Source: Eledone cirrhosa
Lineage: Eukaryota
Direction: 5' to 3'
DNA: 64,000 nt
NCBI GenBank assembly: GCA_964016885.1
Contig: OZ024753.1
Span: 21,948,001 to 22,012,000, forward strand
Shown here: in pieces, positions 1 to 13,980 of the stretch
Position numbering within the stretch: the first letter of the stretch is position 1
Layout of the letters: each line of letters opens with the position of its first letter
Notes under the pieces: model-generated
What the model was told of the DNA's origin: nothing
What the model saw: the letters and a program-made list of their open reading frames with translations, nothing else
Database searches by the model: none
Translations under genes and position numbers: made by a program

Positions 1-3000
1 TGGAAGATTTAACAAATGTGGCCAGTGATGGAGGGTTTAATAAATGTGCCCAGTGATGGAAGGTTTAACAAATGTAGCCAGTGATGGAAGGTTTAACAAA
101 TGTGGCCAGTGGTGGAAGGTTTAACAAATGTGGCCAGTGATGGAAGTTTTAACAAATGTGGCCAGTGGTGGAAGGTTTAACAAATGTGGCCAGTGATGGA
201 AGTTTTAACAAATGTGGCCAGTGGTGGAAGGTTTAACAAATGTGGCCAGTGATGGAAGGCTTAATGAATGTGGCCAGTGATGGAAGGTGTAACAAATGTG
301 GCCAGTGATGGAAGTTTTAACAAATGTGGCCAGTGATGGAAGTTTTAACAAATGTGGCCAGTGATGGAAGTTTTAACAAATGTGGCTAGTGGTGGAAGGT
401 TTAACAACTGTGGCCAGTGATGGAAGGTTTAACAAATGTGGCCAGTGATGGAAGGTTTAATGAATGTGGCCAGTTATGGAAGGTTTAACAATTGTGACCA
501 GTCATGGAAGGTTTAACAAATGTGGCCAGTGATGGAAGGTTTAATGAATGTGGCCAGTGATGGAAGGTTTAATGAATGTGGCCAGTGATGAAAGGTTTAA
601 CAAATGTGATCTGTGATGGAAGGTGTAACAAATGTGGCCAGTGATGGAAGGTTTAATGAATGTGATCTGTGATGGAAGGTTTAACAAATGTGGCCAGTGA
701 TGGAAGGTTTAACAAATGTGATCTGTGATGGAAGGTTTAACAAATGTGGCCAGTGATGGAAGGTTTACCAAATGTGGCCAGTGATGGAAGGTTTAACAAC
801 TGTGGCCAGTGATGGAAGGTTTAACAAATGTGGCCAGTGATGGAAGGTTTAACAACTGTGGCCAGTGATGGAAGGTTTAACAAATGTGGCCAGTGATGGA
901 AGGTTTAATGAATGTGGCCAGTGATGGAAGGTTTAACAACTGTGGCCAGTGATGGACGGTTTAATGAATGTGGCCAGTGATGGAAGGTTTAACAAATGTG
1001 GCCAGTGATGGAAGGCTTAACAAATGTGGCCAGAGATGGAAGGTTTAACAAATGTGGCCAGTGATGGAAGGTTTAACAAATGTGGCCAGTGATGGAAGGT
1101 TTAATGAATGTGGCCAGTGATGGAAGGTTTAACAAATGTGGCCAGTGATGGAAGGTTTAATGAATGTGGCCAGTGATGGAAGGTTTAACAAATGTGGCCA
1201 GTGGTGGAAGGTTTAACAAATGTGGCCAGTGATGGAAGGTTTAATGAATGTGGCCAGTGATGGAAGGTTTAACAAATGTGGCCAGTGATGGAAGGTTTAA
1301 TGAATGTGGCCAGTGATGGAAGGTTTAACAAATGTGGCCAGTGGTGGAAGGTTTAACAACTGTGGCCAGTGATGGAAGGTTTAACAACTGTGGCCAGTGA
1401 TGGAAGGTTTAACAAATGTGGCCAGTTATGGAAGATTTAACAACTGTGGCCAGTTATGGAAGGTTTAATGAATGTGGCCAGTGATGGAAGATTTAACAAA
1501 TGTGGCCAGTGATGGAAGGTTTAACAATTGTGGCCAGTTATGGAAGGTTTAACAAATGTGGCCAGTGATGGGAGGTTTAAAAAATGTGGCCAGTGATGGA
1601 AGGTTTAATGAATGTGGCCAGTGATGGAAGCTTTAACAACTGTGGCCAGTGATGGAAGGTTTAATAACTGTGGCCAGTGATGGAAGGTTTAACAACTGTG
1701 GCCAGTGATGGAAGATTTAACAAATGTGGCCAGTGATGGAAGATTTAAGAAATGTGGCCAGTGATGGAAGGTTTTACAAATGTGGCCAGTGATGGAAGGT
1801 TTAACAAATGTAGCCAGTGATGGAAGGTTTAATGAATGTGGCCAGTGATGGAAGGTTTAACAAATGTGGCCAGTGGTGGAAGGTTTAACAAATGTGGCCA
1901 GTGATGGAAGGTTTAATGAATGGGGGCAGTGATGGAAGGTTTAACAAATGTGGCCAGCGATGGAAGGTTTAACAAATGTGGCCAGTGATGGAAGGTTTAA
2001 CAACTGTGTCCAGTAATGGAAGGTTTAACAAATGTGGCCAGTGATGGAAGGTTTAATGAACTTTGCCAGTGATGGAAGGTTTAATGAATGGGGCCAGTGA
2101 TGGAAGGTTTAAAAACTGTGGCAAGTGATGGAAGGTTTAATGAATGTGGCCAGTGATGGAAGGTTTAATAAATGTGGCCAGTGATGGAAGGTTTAACAAA
2201 TGTGGCCTGTGGTGGAAGGTTTAATGAATGTGGCCAGTGATGGAAGGTTTAATATCTGTGGCCAGTGATGGAAGGTTTAATAAATGTGGCCAGTGATGGA
2301 AGGTTTAACAAATGTGGACAGTGATGGAAGGTTTAATGAATGGGGTCAGTGAAGGAAGGTTTAAAAAATGTGGCTAGTGAAGGAAGGTTTAACAAATGTG
2401 GCCAGTGATGGAAGGTTTAACAAATGTGGCCAGTGGTGGAAGGTTTAATGAATGTGGCCAGTGATGGAAGGTTTAACAAATGTGGCCAGTGATGGAATGT
2501 ATAACAACTGTGGCCAGTGATGGAAGATTTAACAAATGTGGCCAGTGGAGGAAGATTTAACAAATGTGGCCAGTGATGGAAGGTTTAACAAATGTGGCCA
2601 GTGATGGAAGGTTTAACAAATGTGGTCAGTGATGGAAGGTTTAATGAATGGGCCATTGATGCAAGGTTTAACAAATGTGGCCAGTGATGGAAGGTTGAAT
2701 GAATGTGGCCAGTGATGGAAGGTTTAACAAATGTGGCCAGTGATGGAAGGTTTAATGAATGGGCCAGTGATGGAAAGTTTAACACATGTGGCCAGTGATG
2801 GAAGGTTTAACAAATGTGGCCAGTGATGGAAGGTTTAACAAATGTGGTCAGTGATGGAAGGTTTAATAAATGTGGCCAGTGATGGAAGGTTCAACAAATG
2901 TGGCCAGTTGATGGAAGGTTTAACAAATGTGGCCAGTGATGGAAGGTTTAATGAATGTGGCCAGTGATTGAAGGTTTAACAGATGTGGCCAGTGATGGAA

Positions 3001-6000
3001 GGTTTAATGAATGTGGCCAGTGGTGGAAGGTTTAAAAAATGTGGCCAGTGATGGAAGGTTTAACAAATGTGGCCAGTGATGGAAGGTTTAACAAATGTGG
3101 CCAGTGATGGAAGGTTTAACAAATGTGGCCAGTGATGGAAGGTTTAACAAATGTGGACAGTGATGGAAGGTTTCATGAATGGGGTCAGTGATGGAAGGTT
3201 TAACAAATGTGGCCAGTGATGGAAGGTTTAACAAATGTGGCCAGTGATGGAAGGTTTAACATATGTGGCCAGTGATGGAAGGTTTAATGTATGTGGCCAG
3301 TGATGGAAGGTTTAACAAATGTGGCCAGTGATGGAATGTTTAATGAATGTGGCCAGTGATGGAAGGTTTAACAAATGTGGCCAGTGATGGAAGGTTTAAC
3401 AAATGTGGCCAGTGATGGAAGGTTTAACAAATGTCGCCAGTGATGGAAGGTTTAATAACTGTGGCCAGTGATGGAAGGTTTAACAAATGTGGCCAGTGAT
3501 GGATGGTTTAACAAATGTGGCCAGTGATGGAAGGTTTAATGAATGGGGTCAGTGATGGAAGGTTTAACAAATGTGGCTAGTGATGGAAGGTTTAACAAAT
3601 GTGGCCAGTGATGGAAGGTTTAACAAATGTGGCCAGTGATGGAAGGTTTAACAAATGTGGCCAGTGATGGAAGGTTTAACAAATGTCGCCAGTGATGGAA
3701 GGTTTCACAAATGTGGCCAGTAATGGAAGGTTTAACAACTGTGGCCAGTCATGGAAGGTTAAACAAATGTGGCCAGTGATGGAAGGTTTAATAACTGTGG
3801 CCAGTGATGGAAGATTTAACAAATGTGGCCAGTGATGGAAGGTTTAACAACTGTGGCCAGTGATGGAAGGTTTAATGAATGGGGTCAGTGATGGAAGGTT
3901 TAACAACTGTGGCCAGTGATGGAAGGTTTAACAACTATGGCCAGTGATGGAAGGTTTAATGAATGTGGCCAGTGATGGAAGGTTTAACAACTGTGGCCAG
4001 TGAATGACGGTTTAATGAATGTGGCCAGTGATGGAAGGTTTAACAAATGTGGCCAGTGATGGAAGGTTTAACAAATGTGGCCAGTGATGGAAGGTTTAAC
4101 AAATGTGGCCAGTGATGGAAGGTTTAACAAATGTGGCCAGTGATGGAAGGTTTAATGAATGTGGCCAGTGATGGAATGTTTAACAATTGTGAACAGTGAT
4201 GGAAGGTTTAATGAATGTGGCCAGTGATGGAAGGTTTAATGAATGTGGCCAGTGATGGAAGGTTTAAAAAATGTGGCCAATGATGGAAGGTTTAACAAAT
4301 GTGGCCAGTGATGGAAGGTTTAATGAATGTGGCCAATGATGGAACGTTTAACAAATGTGGCCAGTGATGGAAGGTTTAACAAATGTGGCCAGTGATGGAA
4401 GGTTGAATGAATGTGGCCAGTGATGGAAGGTTTAACAACTGTGGCCAGTGATGGAAGGTTTAATGAATGTGGCCAATGATAGAAGGTTTAACAAATGTGG
4501 CCAGTGGTGGAAGGTTTAACAAATGTGGCCAGTGATGGAAGGTTTAATGAATGTGGCCAATGATAGAAGGTTTAACAAATGTGGCCAGTGATGGAAGGTT
4601 TAATGAATGTGGCCAATGATAGAAGGTTTAACAAATGTGGCCAGTGGTGGAAGGTTTAACAAATGTGGCCAGTGATGGAAGGTTTAATGAATGTGGCCAA
4701 TGATAGAAGGTTTAACAAATGTGGCCAGTGATGGAAGGTTTAACAAATGTGGCCAGTGATGGAAGGTTTAACAAATGTGGCCAGTGATGGAAGGTTTAAC
4801 AACTGTGGCCAGTGATGGAAGGTTTAATGAATGTGGCCAATGATAGAAGGTTTAACAAATGTGGCCAGTGGTGGAAGGTTTAACAAATGTGGCCAGTGAT
4901 GGAAGGTTTAATGAATGTGGCCAATGATAGAAGGTTTAACAAATGTGGCCAGTGATGGAAGGTTTAATGAATGTGGCCAATGATAGAAGGTTTAACAAAT
5001 GTGGCCAGTGATGGAAGGTTTAACAAATGTGGCCAGTGATGGAAGGTTTAACAAATGTGGCCAGTGATGGAAGGTTTAACAACTGTGGCCAGTGATAGAA
5101 GGTTTAATAAATGTGGCCAGTGAAGGAAGGTTTAACAACTGTGGCCAGTGATAGAAGGTTTAAGAAATGTGGCCAGTTATGGAAGGTTTAACAACTGTGG
5201 CCAGTGATGGAAGGTTTAACAACTGTGGCCAGTGATAGAAGGTTTAATAAATGTGGCCAGTGAAGGAAGGTTTAACAACTGTGGCCAGTGATAGAAGGTT
5301 TAATAAATGTGGCCAGTGATGGAAGGTTTAACAACTGTGGCCAGTGATGGAAGGTTTAACAACTGTGGCCAGTGATGGAAGGTTTAAGAAATGTGGCCAG
5401 TTATGGAAGGTTTAACAACTGTGGCCAGTGATGGAAGGTTTAACAACTGTGGACAGTGATAGAAGGTTTAATAAATGTGGCCAGTGAAGGAAGGTTTAAC
5501 AACTGTGGCCAGTGATAGAAGGTTTAATAAATGTGGCCAGTGATGGAAGGTTTAACAACTGTGTCCAGTGATGGAGGGTTTAACAAATGTGGCCAGTTAT
5601 GGAAGGTTTAACAAATGTGGCCAGTGATGGAAGGTTTAACAAATGTGGCCAGTGATGGAAGGTTTAATTAATGTGGCCAGTGATGGAAGGTTTAACAAAT
5701 GTGGCCTTTGGTGGAAGGTTTAACAACTGTGGCCAGTGATGGAAGGTTTAACAACTGTGGCCAGTGATGGAAGGTTTAACAAATGTGGTCAGTTGATGGA
5801 AGGTTTAACAAATGTGGCCAGTGATGGAAGGTTTAATGAATGTGGCCAGTGATTGAAGGTTTAACAAATGTCGCCAGTGATGGAAGGTTTAATGAATGTG
5901 GCCAGTTGTGGAAGGTTTAAAAAATGTGGCCAGTGATGGAAGGTTTAACAAATGTGGCCAGTGATGGAAGGTTTAACAAATGTTGCCAGTGAGGGAAGGT

Positions 6001-7990
6001 TTAATGAATGTGGCCAGTGATGGAAGGTTTAACAAATGTGGCCGGTGGTGGAAGGTTTAACAAATGTGGCCAGTGATGGAAGGTTTAACAAATGTGGCCA
6101 GTGATGGAAGGTTTAATGAATGGGGTCAGTGATGGAAGGTTTAACAAATGTGGCCAGTGATGGAAGGTTTAACAAATGTGGCCAGTGATGGAAGGTTTAA
6201 CAAATGTGGCCAGTGGTGGAAGGTGTAACAAATGTGGACAGTGATGGAAGGTTTCATGAATGGGGTCAGTGATGGAAGGTTTAATGAATGTGGCCAGTGA
6301 TGGAAGGTTTAACAAATGTGGCCAGTGATGGAAGGTTTAACAAATGTGATCAGTGATGGAAGGTTTAACAAATGTGGCCAGTGATGGAAGGTTTAACAAC
6401 TGTGGCCAGTGACGGAAGGTTTAACAAATGTGGCCGGTGGTGGAAGGTTTAACAAATGTGGCCAGTGATGGAAGGTTTAATGAATGGGGTCAGTGATGGA
6501 AGGTTTAACATATGTGGCCAGTGATGGAAGGTTTAACATATGTGGCCAGTGATGGAAGGTTTAATGTATGTGGCCAGTGATGGAAGGTTTAACAAATGTG
6601 GCCAGTGATGGAAGGTTTAATGAATGTGGCCAGTGATGGAAGGTTTAACAAATGTGGCCAGTGATGGAAGGTTTAACAAATGTGGCCAGTGATGGAAGAT
6701 TTAACAAATGTGGCCAGTGATGGAAGGTTTAACAAATGTGGCCAGTGATGGAAGGTTTAATAACTGTGGCCAGTGATGGAAGATTTAACAAATGTGGCCA
6801 GTGATGGAAGGTTTAATGAATGTGGCCAGTGATGGAAGGTTTAACAAATGTGGCCAGTGATGGAAGGTTTAACAAATGTGGCCAGTGATGGATGGTTTAA
6901 CAAATGTGGCCAGTGATGGAAGGTTTAATGAATGGGGTCAGTGATGGAAGGTTTAACAAATGTGGCTAGTGATGGAAGGTTTAACAAATGTGGCCAGTGA
7001 TGGAAGGTTTAACAAATGTGGCCAGTGATGGAAGGTTTAACAAATGTGGCCAGTGATGGAAGGTTTAACAAATGTGGCTAGTGATGGAAGGTTTAACAAA
7101 TGTGGCCAGTGATGGAAGGTTTAACAAATGTGGCCAGTGATGGAAGGTTTAACAAATGTGACCAGTGATGGAAGGTTTAACAAATGTCGCCAGTGATGGA
7201 AGGTTTAACAACTGTGGCCAGTCATGGAAGGTTTAACAAATGTGGCCAGTGATGGAAGTTTTAACAACTGTGGCCAGTGATGGAAGGTTTAATGAATGTG
7301 GCCAGTGATGGAAGGTTTAACAACTGTGGCCAGTGATGGAAGGTTTAACAAATGTGGTCAGTTGATGGAAGGTTTAACAATTGTGGCCAGTGATGGAAGG
7401 TTTAATGAATGTGGCCAGTGATTGAAGGTTTAACAAATGTGGCCAGTGATGGAAGGTTTAACAAATGTGGCCAGTGATGGAAGGTTTAACAAATGTGGCC
7501 AGTGATGGAAGGTTTAACAAATGTGGCCAGTGAGGGAAGGTTTAATGAATGTGGCCAGTGACGGAAGGTTTAACAAATGTGGCCGGTGGTGGAAGGTTTA
7601 ACAAATGTGGCCAGTGATGGAAGGTTCAATGAATGGGGTCAGTGATGGAAGGTTTAACAAATGTGGCCAGTGATGGAAGGTTTAACAAATGTGGCCAGTG
7701 ATGGAAGGTTTAACAAATGTGGCCAGTGGTGGAAGGTGTAACAAATGTGGACAGTGATGGAAGGTTTCATGAATGGGGTCAGTGATGGAAGGTTTAACAA
7801 ATGTGGCCAGTGATGGAAGGTTTAACAAATGTGGCCAGTGATGGAAGGTTCAATGAATGGGGTCAGTGATGGAAGGTTTAACAAATGTGGCCAGTGATGG
7901 AAGGTTTAACAAATGTGGCCAGTGATGGAAGGTTTAACAAATGTGGCCAGTGGTGGAAGGTGTAACAAATGTGGCCAGTGATGGAAGGTT
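1..7990 (+). repeat. Large duplicated block, copy A (left end lies outside the window)
   Basis: The order of rare variants from position 1 recurs from 23114 (offset 23,113). Examples: AATATCT at 2251/25364 and identical ORFs at 2585/25698. The similarity breaks at about 7995/31163. Confidence 0.93.
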
Positions 7991-10900
7991 TAATGAATAG
8001 GGGCAGTGATGGAAGGTTTAACAAATGTGGCCAGCGATGGAAGGTTTAACAAATGTGGCCAGTGATGGAAGGTTTAACAACTGTGGCCAGTAATGGAAGG
8101 TTTAACAAATGTGGCCAGTGACGGAAGGTTTAATGAATTTGGCCAGTGATGGAAGGTTTAATGAATGGGGCCAGTGATGGAAGGTTTAACAACTGTGGCC
8201 AGTGATGGAAGGTTTAATGAATGGGGCCAGTGATGGAAGGTTTAAAAACTGTGGCAAGTGATGGAAGGTTTAATGAATGTGGCCAGTGATGGAAGGTTTA
8301 ATAAATGTGGCCAGTGATGGAAGGTTTAACAAATGTGGCCTGTGGTGGAAGGTTTAATGAATGTGGCCAGTGATGGAAGGTTTAATATCTGAGGCCAGTG
8401 ATGGAAGGTTTAACAAATGTGGCCAGTGATGGAAGGTTTAATGAATGGGGTCAATGATGGAAGGTTTAAAAAATGAGGCTAGTGATGTAAGGTTTAACAA
8501 ATGTGGCCAGTGATGGAAGGTTTAACAAATGTGGCCAGTGGTGGAAGGTTTAATGAATCTGGCCAGTGATGGAAGGTATAACAAGTGTGGCAAGTGATGG
8601 AAGATTTAACAAATGTGGCCAGTGATGGAAGGTTTAACAAATGTGGTCAGTGACGGAAGGTTTAACAAATGTGGCCATTGATGGAAGGTTTAACAAATGT
8701 GGCCAGTGAAAGAAGGTTTAACAAATCTGGCCAGTGATGGAACTTTTAACAAATGCGGCCAGTGATGGAAGGTTTAATGAATGTGGCCAGTGATGGAAGG
8801 TTTAACAACTGTGGCCAGTGATGGAAGGTTTAACAAATGTGGCCAGTGATGGAAGGTTTAACAAATATGGCCAGTGATGGAACGTTTAAAAAATGTGACC
8901 AGTGATGGAAGGTTTAATGAATGTGGCCAGTGATAGAAGGTTTAACAAATGTGGCCAGTGATGGAAGGTTTAACAAATGTGGCCAGTGATGGAAGGTTTA
9001 ACAACTGTGGCCAGTGATGGGAGGTTTAATGAATGTGGCCAGTGATAGAAGGTTTAACAAATGTGGCCAGTGGTGGAAGGTTTAACAAATGTGGCCAGTG
9101 ATGGAACATATGATGAATGTGGCCAGTGATGGACGGTTTAACAAATGTGGCCAGTGATGGAAGGTTTAACAAATGTGGCCAGTTATGGAAGGTTTAACAA
9201 CTGTGGCCAGTGATGGTAGGTTTAACAACTGTGGCCAGTGATGGAAGGATTAACAAATGTGGCCAGTGATGGAAGGTTTAACAATTGTGGCCAGTGATGG
9301 AATGTTTAACAAATGTGGCCAGTGATGGAAGGTTTAACAACTGTGGCCAGTGATGGAAGGTTTAACAACTGTGGCCAGTGATGGAAGGTTGAACTAATGT
9401 GGCCAGTGATGGAAGGTTTAACAAATGTGGCCAGTGATGGAAGGTTTAACAAATGTGGCCAGTGATGGAAGGTTTAATGAATGTGGCCAGTGATGGAAGG
9501 TTTAATAACTGTGGCCAGTGATGGAAGGTTTAACAAATGTGGCCAGTTATGGAAGGTTTAACAAATGTGGCCAGTGATGGAAGGTTTAACAAATGTGGCC
9601 AGTGATGGAAGGTTTAATGAATGTGGCCAGTGATGGAAGGTTTAACAAATGTGGCCAGTGATGGAAGGTTTAACAACTGTGGCCAGTGATGGAAGGTTTA
9701 ACAACTGTGGCCAGTGATGGAAGGTTTAACAAATGTGGCCAGTTATGGAAGATTTAACAACTGTGGCCAGTTATGGAAGGTTTAATGAATGTGGCCAGTG
9801 ATGGAAGATTTAACAAATGTGGCCAGTGATGGAAGGTTTAACAATTGTGGCCAGTTATGGAAGGTTTAACAAATGTGGCCAGTGATGGGAGGTTTAAAAA
9901 ATGTGGCCAGTGATGGAAGGTTTAATGAATGTGGCCAGTGATGGAAGGTTTAACATATGTGGCCAGTGATGGAAGGTTTAATAACTGTGGCCAGTGATGG
10001 AAGGTTTAACAACTGTGGCCAGTGATGGAAGATTTAACAAATGTGGCCAGTGATGGAAGGTTTAATAACTGTGGCCAGTGATGGAAGATTTAACAAATGT
10101 GGCCAGTGATGGAAGATTTAAGAAATGTGGCCAGTGATGGAAGGTTTTACAAATGTGGCCAGTGATGGAAGGTTTAACAAATGTAGCCAGTGATGGAAGG
10201 TTTAATGAATGTGGCCAGTGATGGAAGGTTTAACAAATGTGGCCAGTGGTGGAAGGTTTAACAAATGTGGCCAGTGATGGAAGGTTTAATGAATGGGGTC
10301 AGTGATGGAAGGTTTAACAAATGTGGCCAGTGATGGAAGGTTTAACAAATGTGGCCAGCGATGGAAGGTTTAACAAATGTGGCCAGTGATGGAAGGTTTA
10401 ACAACTGTGTCCAGTAATGGAAGGTTTAACAAATGTGGCCAGTGATGGAAGGTTTAATGAATGGGGCCAGTGATGGAAGGTTTAAAAACTGTGGCAAGTG
10501 ATGGAAGGTTTAATGAATGTGGCCAGTGATGGAAGGTTTAATAAATGTGGCCAGTGATGGAAGGTTTAACAAATGTGGCCTGTGGTGGAAGGTTTAATGA
10601 ATGTGGCCAGTGATGGAAGGTTTAATATCTGTGGCCAGTGATGGAAGGTTTAACAACTGTGGCCAGTGATGGAAGGTTTAACAAATGTGACCAGTGGTGG
10701 AAGGTGTAACAAATGTGGACAGTGATGGAAGGTTTAATGAATGGGGTCAGTGATGGAAGGTTTAAAAAATGTGGCTAGTGAAGGAAGGTTTAACAAATGT
10801 GGCCAGTGATGGAAGGTTTAACAAATGTGGCCAGTGGTGGAAGGTTTAATGAATGTGGCCAGTGATGGAAGGTTTAACAAATGTGGCCAGTGATGGAAGG

Positions 10901-11899
10901 TTTAACAAATGTGGCCAGTGATGGAAGGTTTAACAAATGTGGCCAGTGATGGAACTTTTAACAAATGTGGCCAGTGATGGAAGGTTTAACAAATGTGGCC
11001 AGTGGTGGAAGGTTTAATGAATGTGGCCAGTGATGGAAGGTTTAACAAATGTATCCAGTTATGGAAGGTTTAACAAATGTGGCCAGTGATGGAAGGTATA
11101 ACAACTGTGGCCAGTGATGGAAGATTTAACAAATGTGGCCAGTGGTGGAAGGTTTAACAAATGTGGTCAGTGACGGAGGGTTTAACAAATGTGGCCATTG
11201 ATGGAAGGTTTAACAAATGTGGCCAGTGAAGGAAGGTTTAACAAATCTGGCCAGTGATGGAACTTTTAACAAATGTGGCCAGTGATGGAAGGTTTAATGA
11301 ATGTGGCCAGTGATGGAAGGTTTAACAAATGTGGCCAGTGAAGGAAGGTTTAACAAATCTGGCCAGTGATGGAACTTTTAACAAATGTGGCCAGTGATGG
11401 AAGGTTTAATGAATGTGGCCAGTGATGGAAGGTTTAACAACTGTGGCCAGTGATGGAAGGTTTAACAAATGTGGCCAGTGATGGAAGGTTTAACAAATAT
11501 GGCCAGTGATGGAAGGTTTAACAAATGTGGCCAGTGATGGAAGGTTTAATTAATGGGCCAGTGATGGAAAGTTTAACAAATGTGGCCAGTGATGGAAGGT
11601 TTAACAAATGTGGCCAGTGATGGAAGGTTTAACAAATGTGGCCAGTGAAGTAAGGTTTAATGAATGTGGCCAGTGATGCAAGGTTTAACAAATGTGGCCA
11701 GTGATGGAAGGTTGAATGAATGTGGCCAGTGATGGAAGGTTTAACAAATGTGGCCAGTGATGGAAGGTTTAATGAATGGGGTCAGTGATGGAAGGTTTAA
11801 TGAATGTGGCCAGTGATGGAAGGTTTAATGAATGGGGTCAGTGATGGAAGGTTTAACAAATGTGGCCAGTGATGGAAGGTTTAACAAATGTGGCCAGTG

Positions 11900-13980
11900 A
11901 TGGAAGATTTAAGAAAGGTGGCCAGTGATGGAAGGTTTTACAAATGTGGCCAGTGATGGAAGGTTTAACAAATGTAGCCAGTGATGGAAGGTTTAATGAA
12001 TGTGGCCAGTGATGGAAGGTTTAACAAATGTGGCCAGTGGTGGAAGGTTTAACAAATGTGGCCAGTGATGGAAGGTTTAATGAATGGGGGCAGTGATGGA
12101 AGGTTTAACAAATGTGGCCAGTGATGGAAGGTTTAACAAATGTGGCCAGCGATGGAAGGTTTAACAAATGTGGCCAGTGATGGAAGGTTTAACAACTGTG
12201 TCCAGTAATGGAAGGTTTAACAAATGTGGCCAGTGATGGAAGGTTTAATGAACTTTGCCAGTGATGGAAGGTTTAATGAATGGGGCCAGTGATGGAAGGT
12301 TTAAAAACTGTGGCAAGTGATGGAAGGTTTAATGAATGTGGCCAGTGATGGAAGGTTTAATAAATGTGGCCAGTGATGGAAGGTTTAACAAATGTGGCCT
12401 GTGGTGGAAGGTTTAATGAATGTGGCCAGTGATGGAAGGTTTAATATCTGTGGCCAGTGATGGAAGGTTTAACAACTGTGGCCAGTGATGGAAGGTTTAA
12501 CAAATGTGGCCAGTGGTGGAAGGTGAAACAAATGTGGACAGTGATGGAAGGTTTAATGAATGGGGTCAGTGATGGAAGGTTTAAAAAATGTGGCTAGTGA
12601 AGGAAGGTTTAACAAATGTGGCCAGTGATGGAAGGTTTAACAAATGTGGCCAGTGGTGGAAGGTTTAATGAATGTGGCCAGTGATGGAAGGTGTAACAAA
12701 TGTGGCCAGTTATGGAAGGTTTAACAAATGTGGCCAGTGATGGAAGGTATAACAACTGTGGCCAGTGATGGAAGATTTAACAAATGTGGCCAGTGGTGGA
12801 AGGTTTAACAAATGTGGTCAGTGACGGAGGGTTTAACAAATGTGGCCATTGATGGAAGGTTTATCAAATGTGGCCAGTGAAGGAAGGTTTAACAAATCTG
12901 GCCAGTGATGGAACTTTTAACAAATGTGGCCAGTGATGGAAGGTTTAATGAATGTGGCCAGTGATGGAAGGTTTAACAACTGTGGCCAGTGATGGAAGGT
13001 TTAACAAATGTGGCCAGTGATGGAAGGTTTAACAAATATGGCCAGTGATGGAAGGTTTAACAAATGTGGCCAGTGATGGAAGGTTTAACAAATGTGGCCA
13101 GTGATGGAAGGTTTAACAAATGTGGCCAGTGATGGAAGGTTTAATGAATGTGGCCAGTGATGGAAGGTTTAACAAATGTGGCCAGTGGTGGAAGATTTAA
13201 CAAATGTGGCCAGTGATGGAAGGTTTAATGAATGGGGTCAGTGATGGAAGGTTTAACAAATGTGGCCAGTGATGGAAGGTTTAACAAATGTGGCCAGTGA
13301 TGGAAGGTTTAACAAATGTGGAGAGTGATGGAAGGTTTCATGAATGGGGTCAGTGATGGAAGGTTTAACAAATGTGGCCAGTGATGGAAGGTTTAACAAA
13401 TGTGGTCAGTGATGGAAGGTTTAATAAATGTGGCCAGTGATGGAAGGTTCAACAAATGTGGCCAGTTGATGGAAGGTTTAACAAATGTGGCCAGTGATGG
13501 AAGGTTTAATGAATGTGGCCAGTGATTGAAGGTTTAATGAATGGGGTCAGTGATGGAAGGTTTAACAAATGTGGCCAGTGATGGAAGGTTTAACAAATGT
13601 GGCCAGTGATGGAAGGTTTAACAAATGTGGAGAGTGATGGAAGGTTTCATGAATGGGGTCAGTGATGGAAGGTTTAACAAATGTGGCCAGTGATGGAAGG
13701 TTTAACAAATGTGGCCAGTGATGGAAGGTTTAATGAATGTGGCCAGTGATTGAAGGTTTCATGAATGTGGCCAGTGATGGAAAGTTTAACACATGTGGCC
13801 AGTGATGGAAGGTTTAACAAATGTGGCCAGTGATGGAAGGTTTAACAAATGTGGCCAGTGATGGAAGATTTAACAAATGTGATCAGTGATGGAAGGTTTA
13901 ACAAATGTGGCCAGTGATGGAAGGTTTAACAAATGTGGCCTGTGATGGAAGGTTTAATGAATGTGGCCAGTGATGGAAGG
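11900..13980 (+). repeat. ~2.1 kb block duplicated at about 16215-18295 (offset 4,314)
   Basis: Shared private variants: AATATCT at 12443/16757, TGTGGAGAGT at 13317/17631, and TTATCAAA at about 12861/17175. Confidence 0.88.

Noticed and set aside
2585-2785. 66-aa minus-strand ORF (and its identical copy at 25698-25898)
   Set aside because: It is a translation of the repeat. Two 27-bp monomers and a point variant let one frame dodge the TAA present in each monomer. The identical copy reflects the DNA duplication, not protein conservation.
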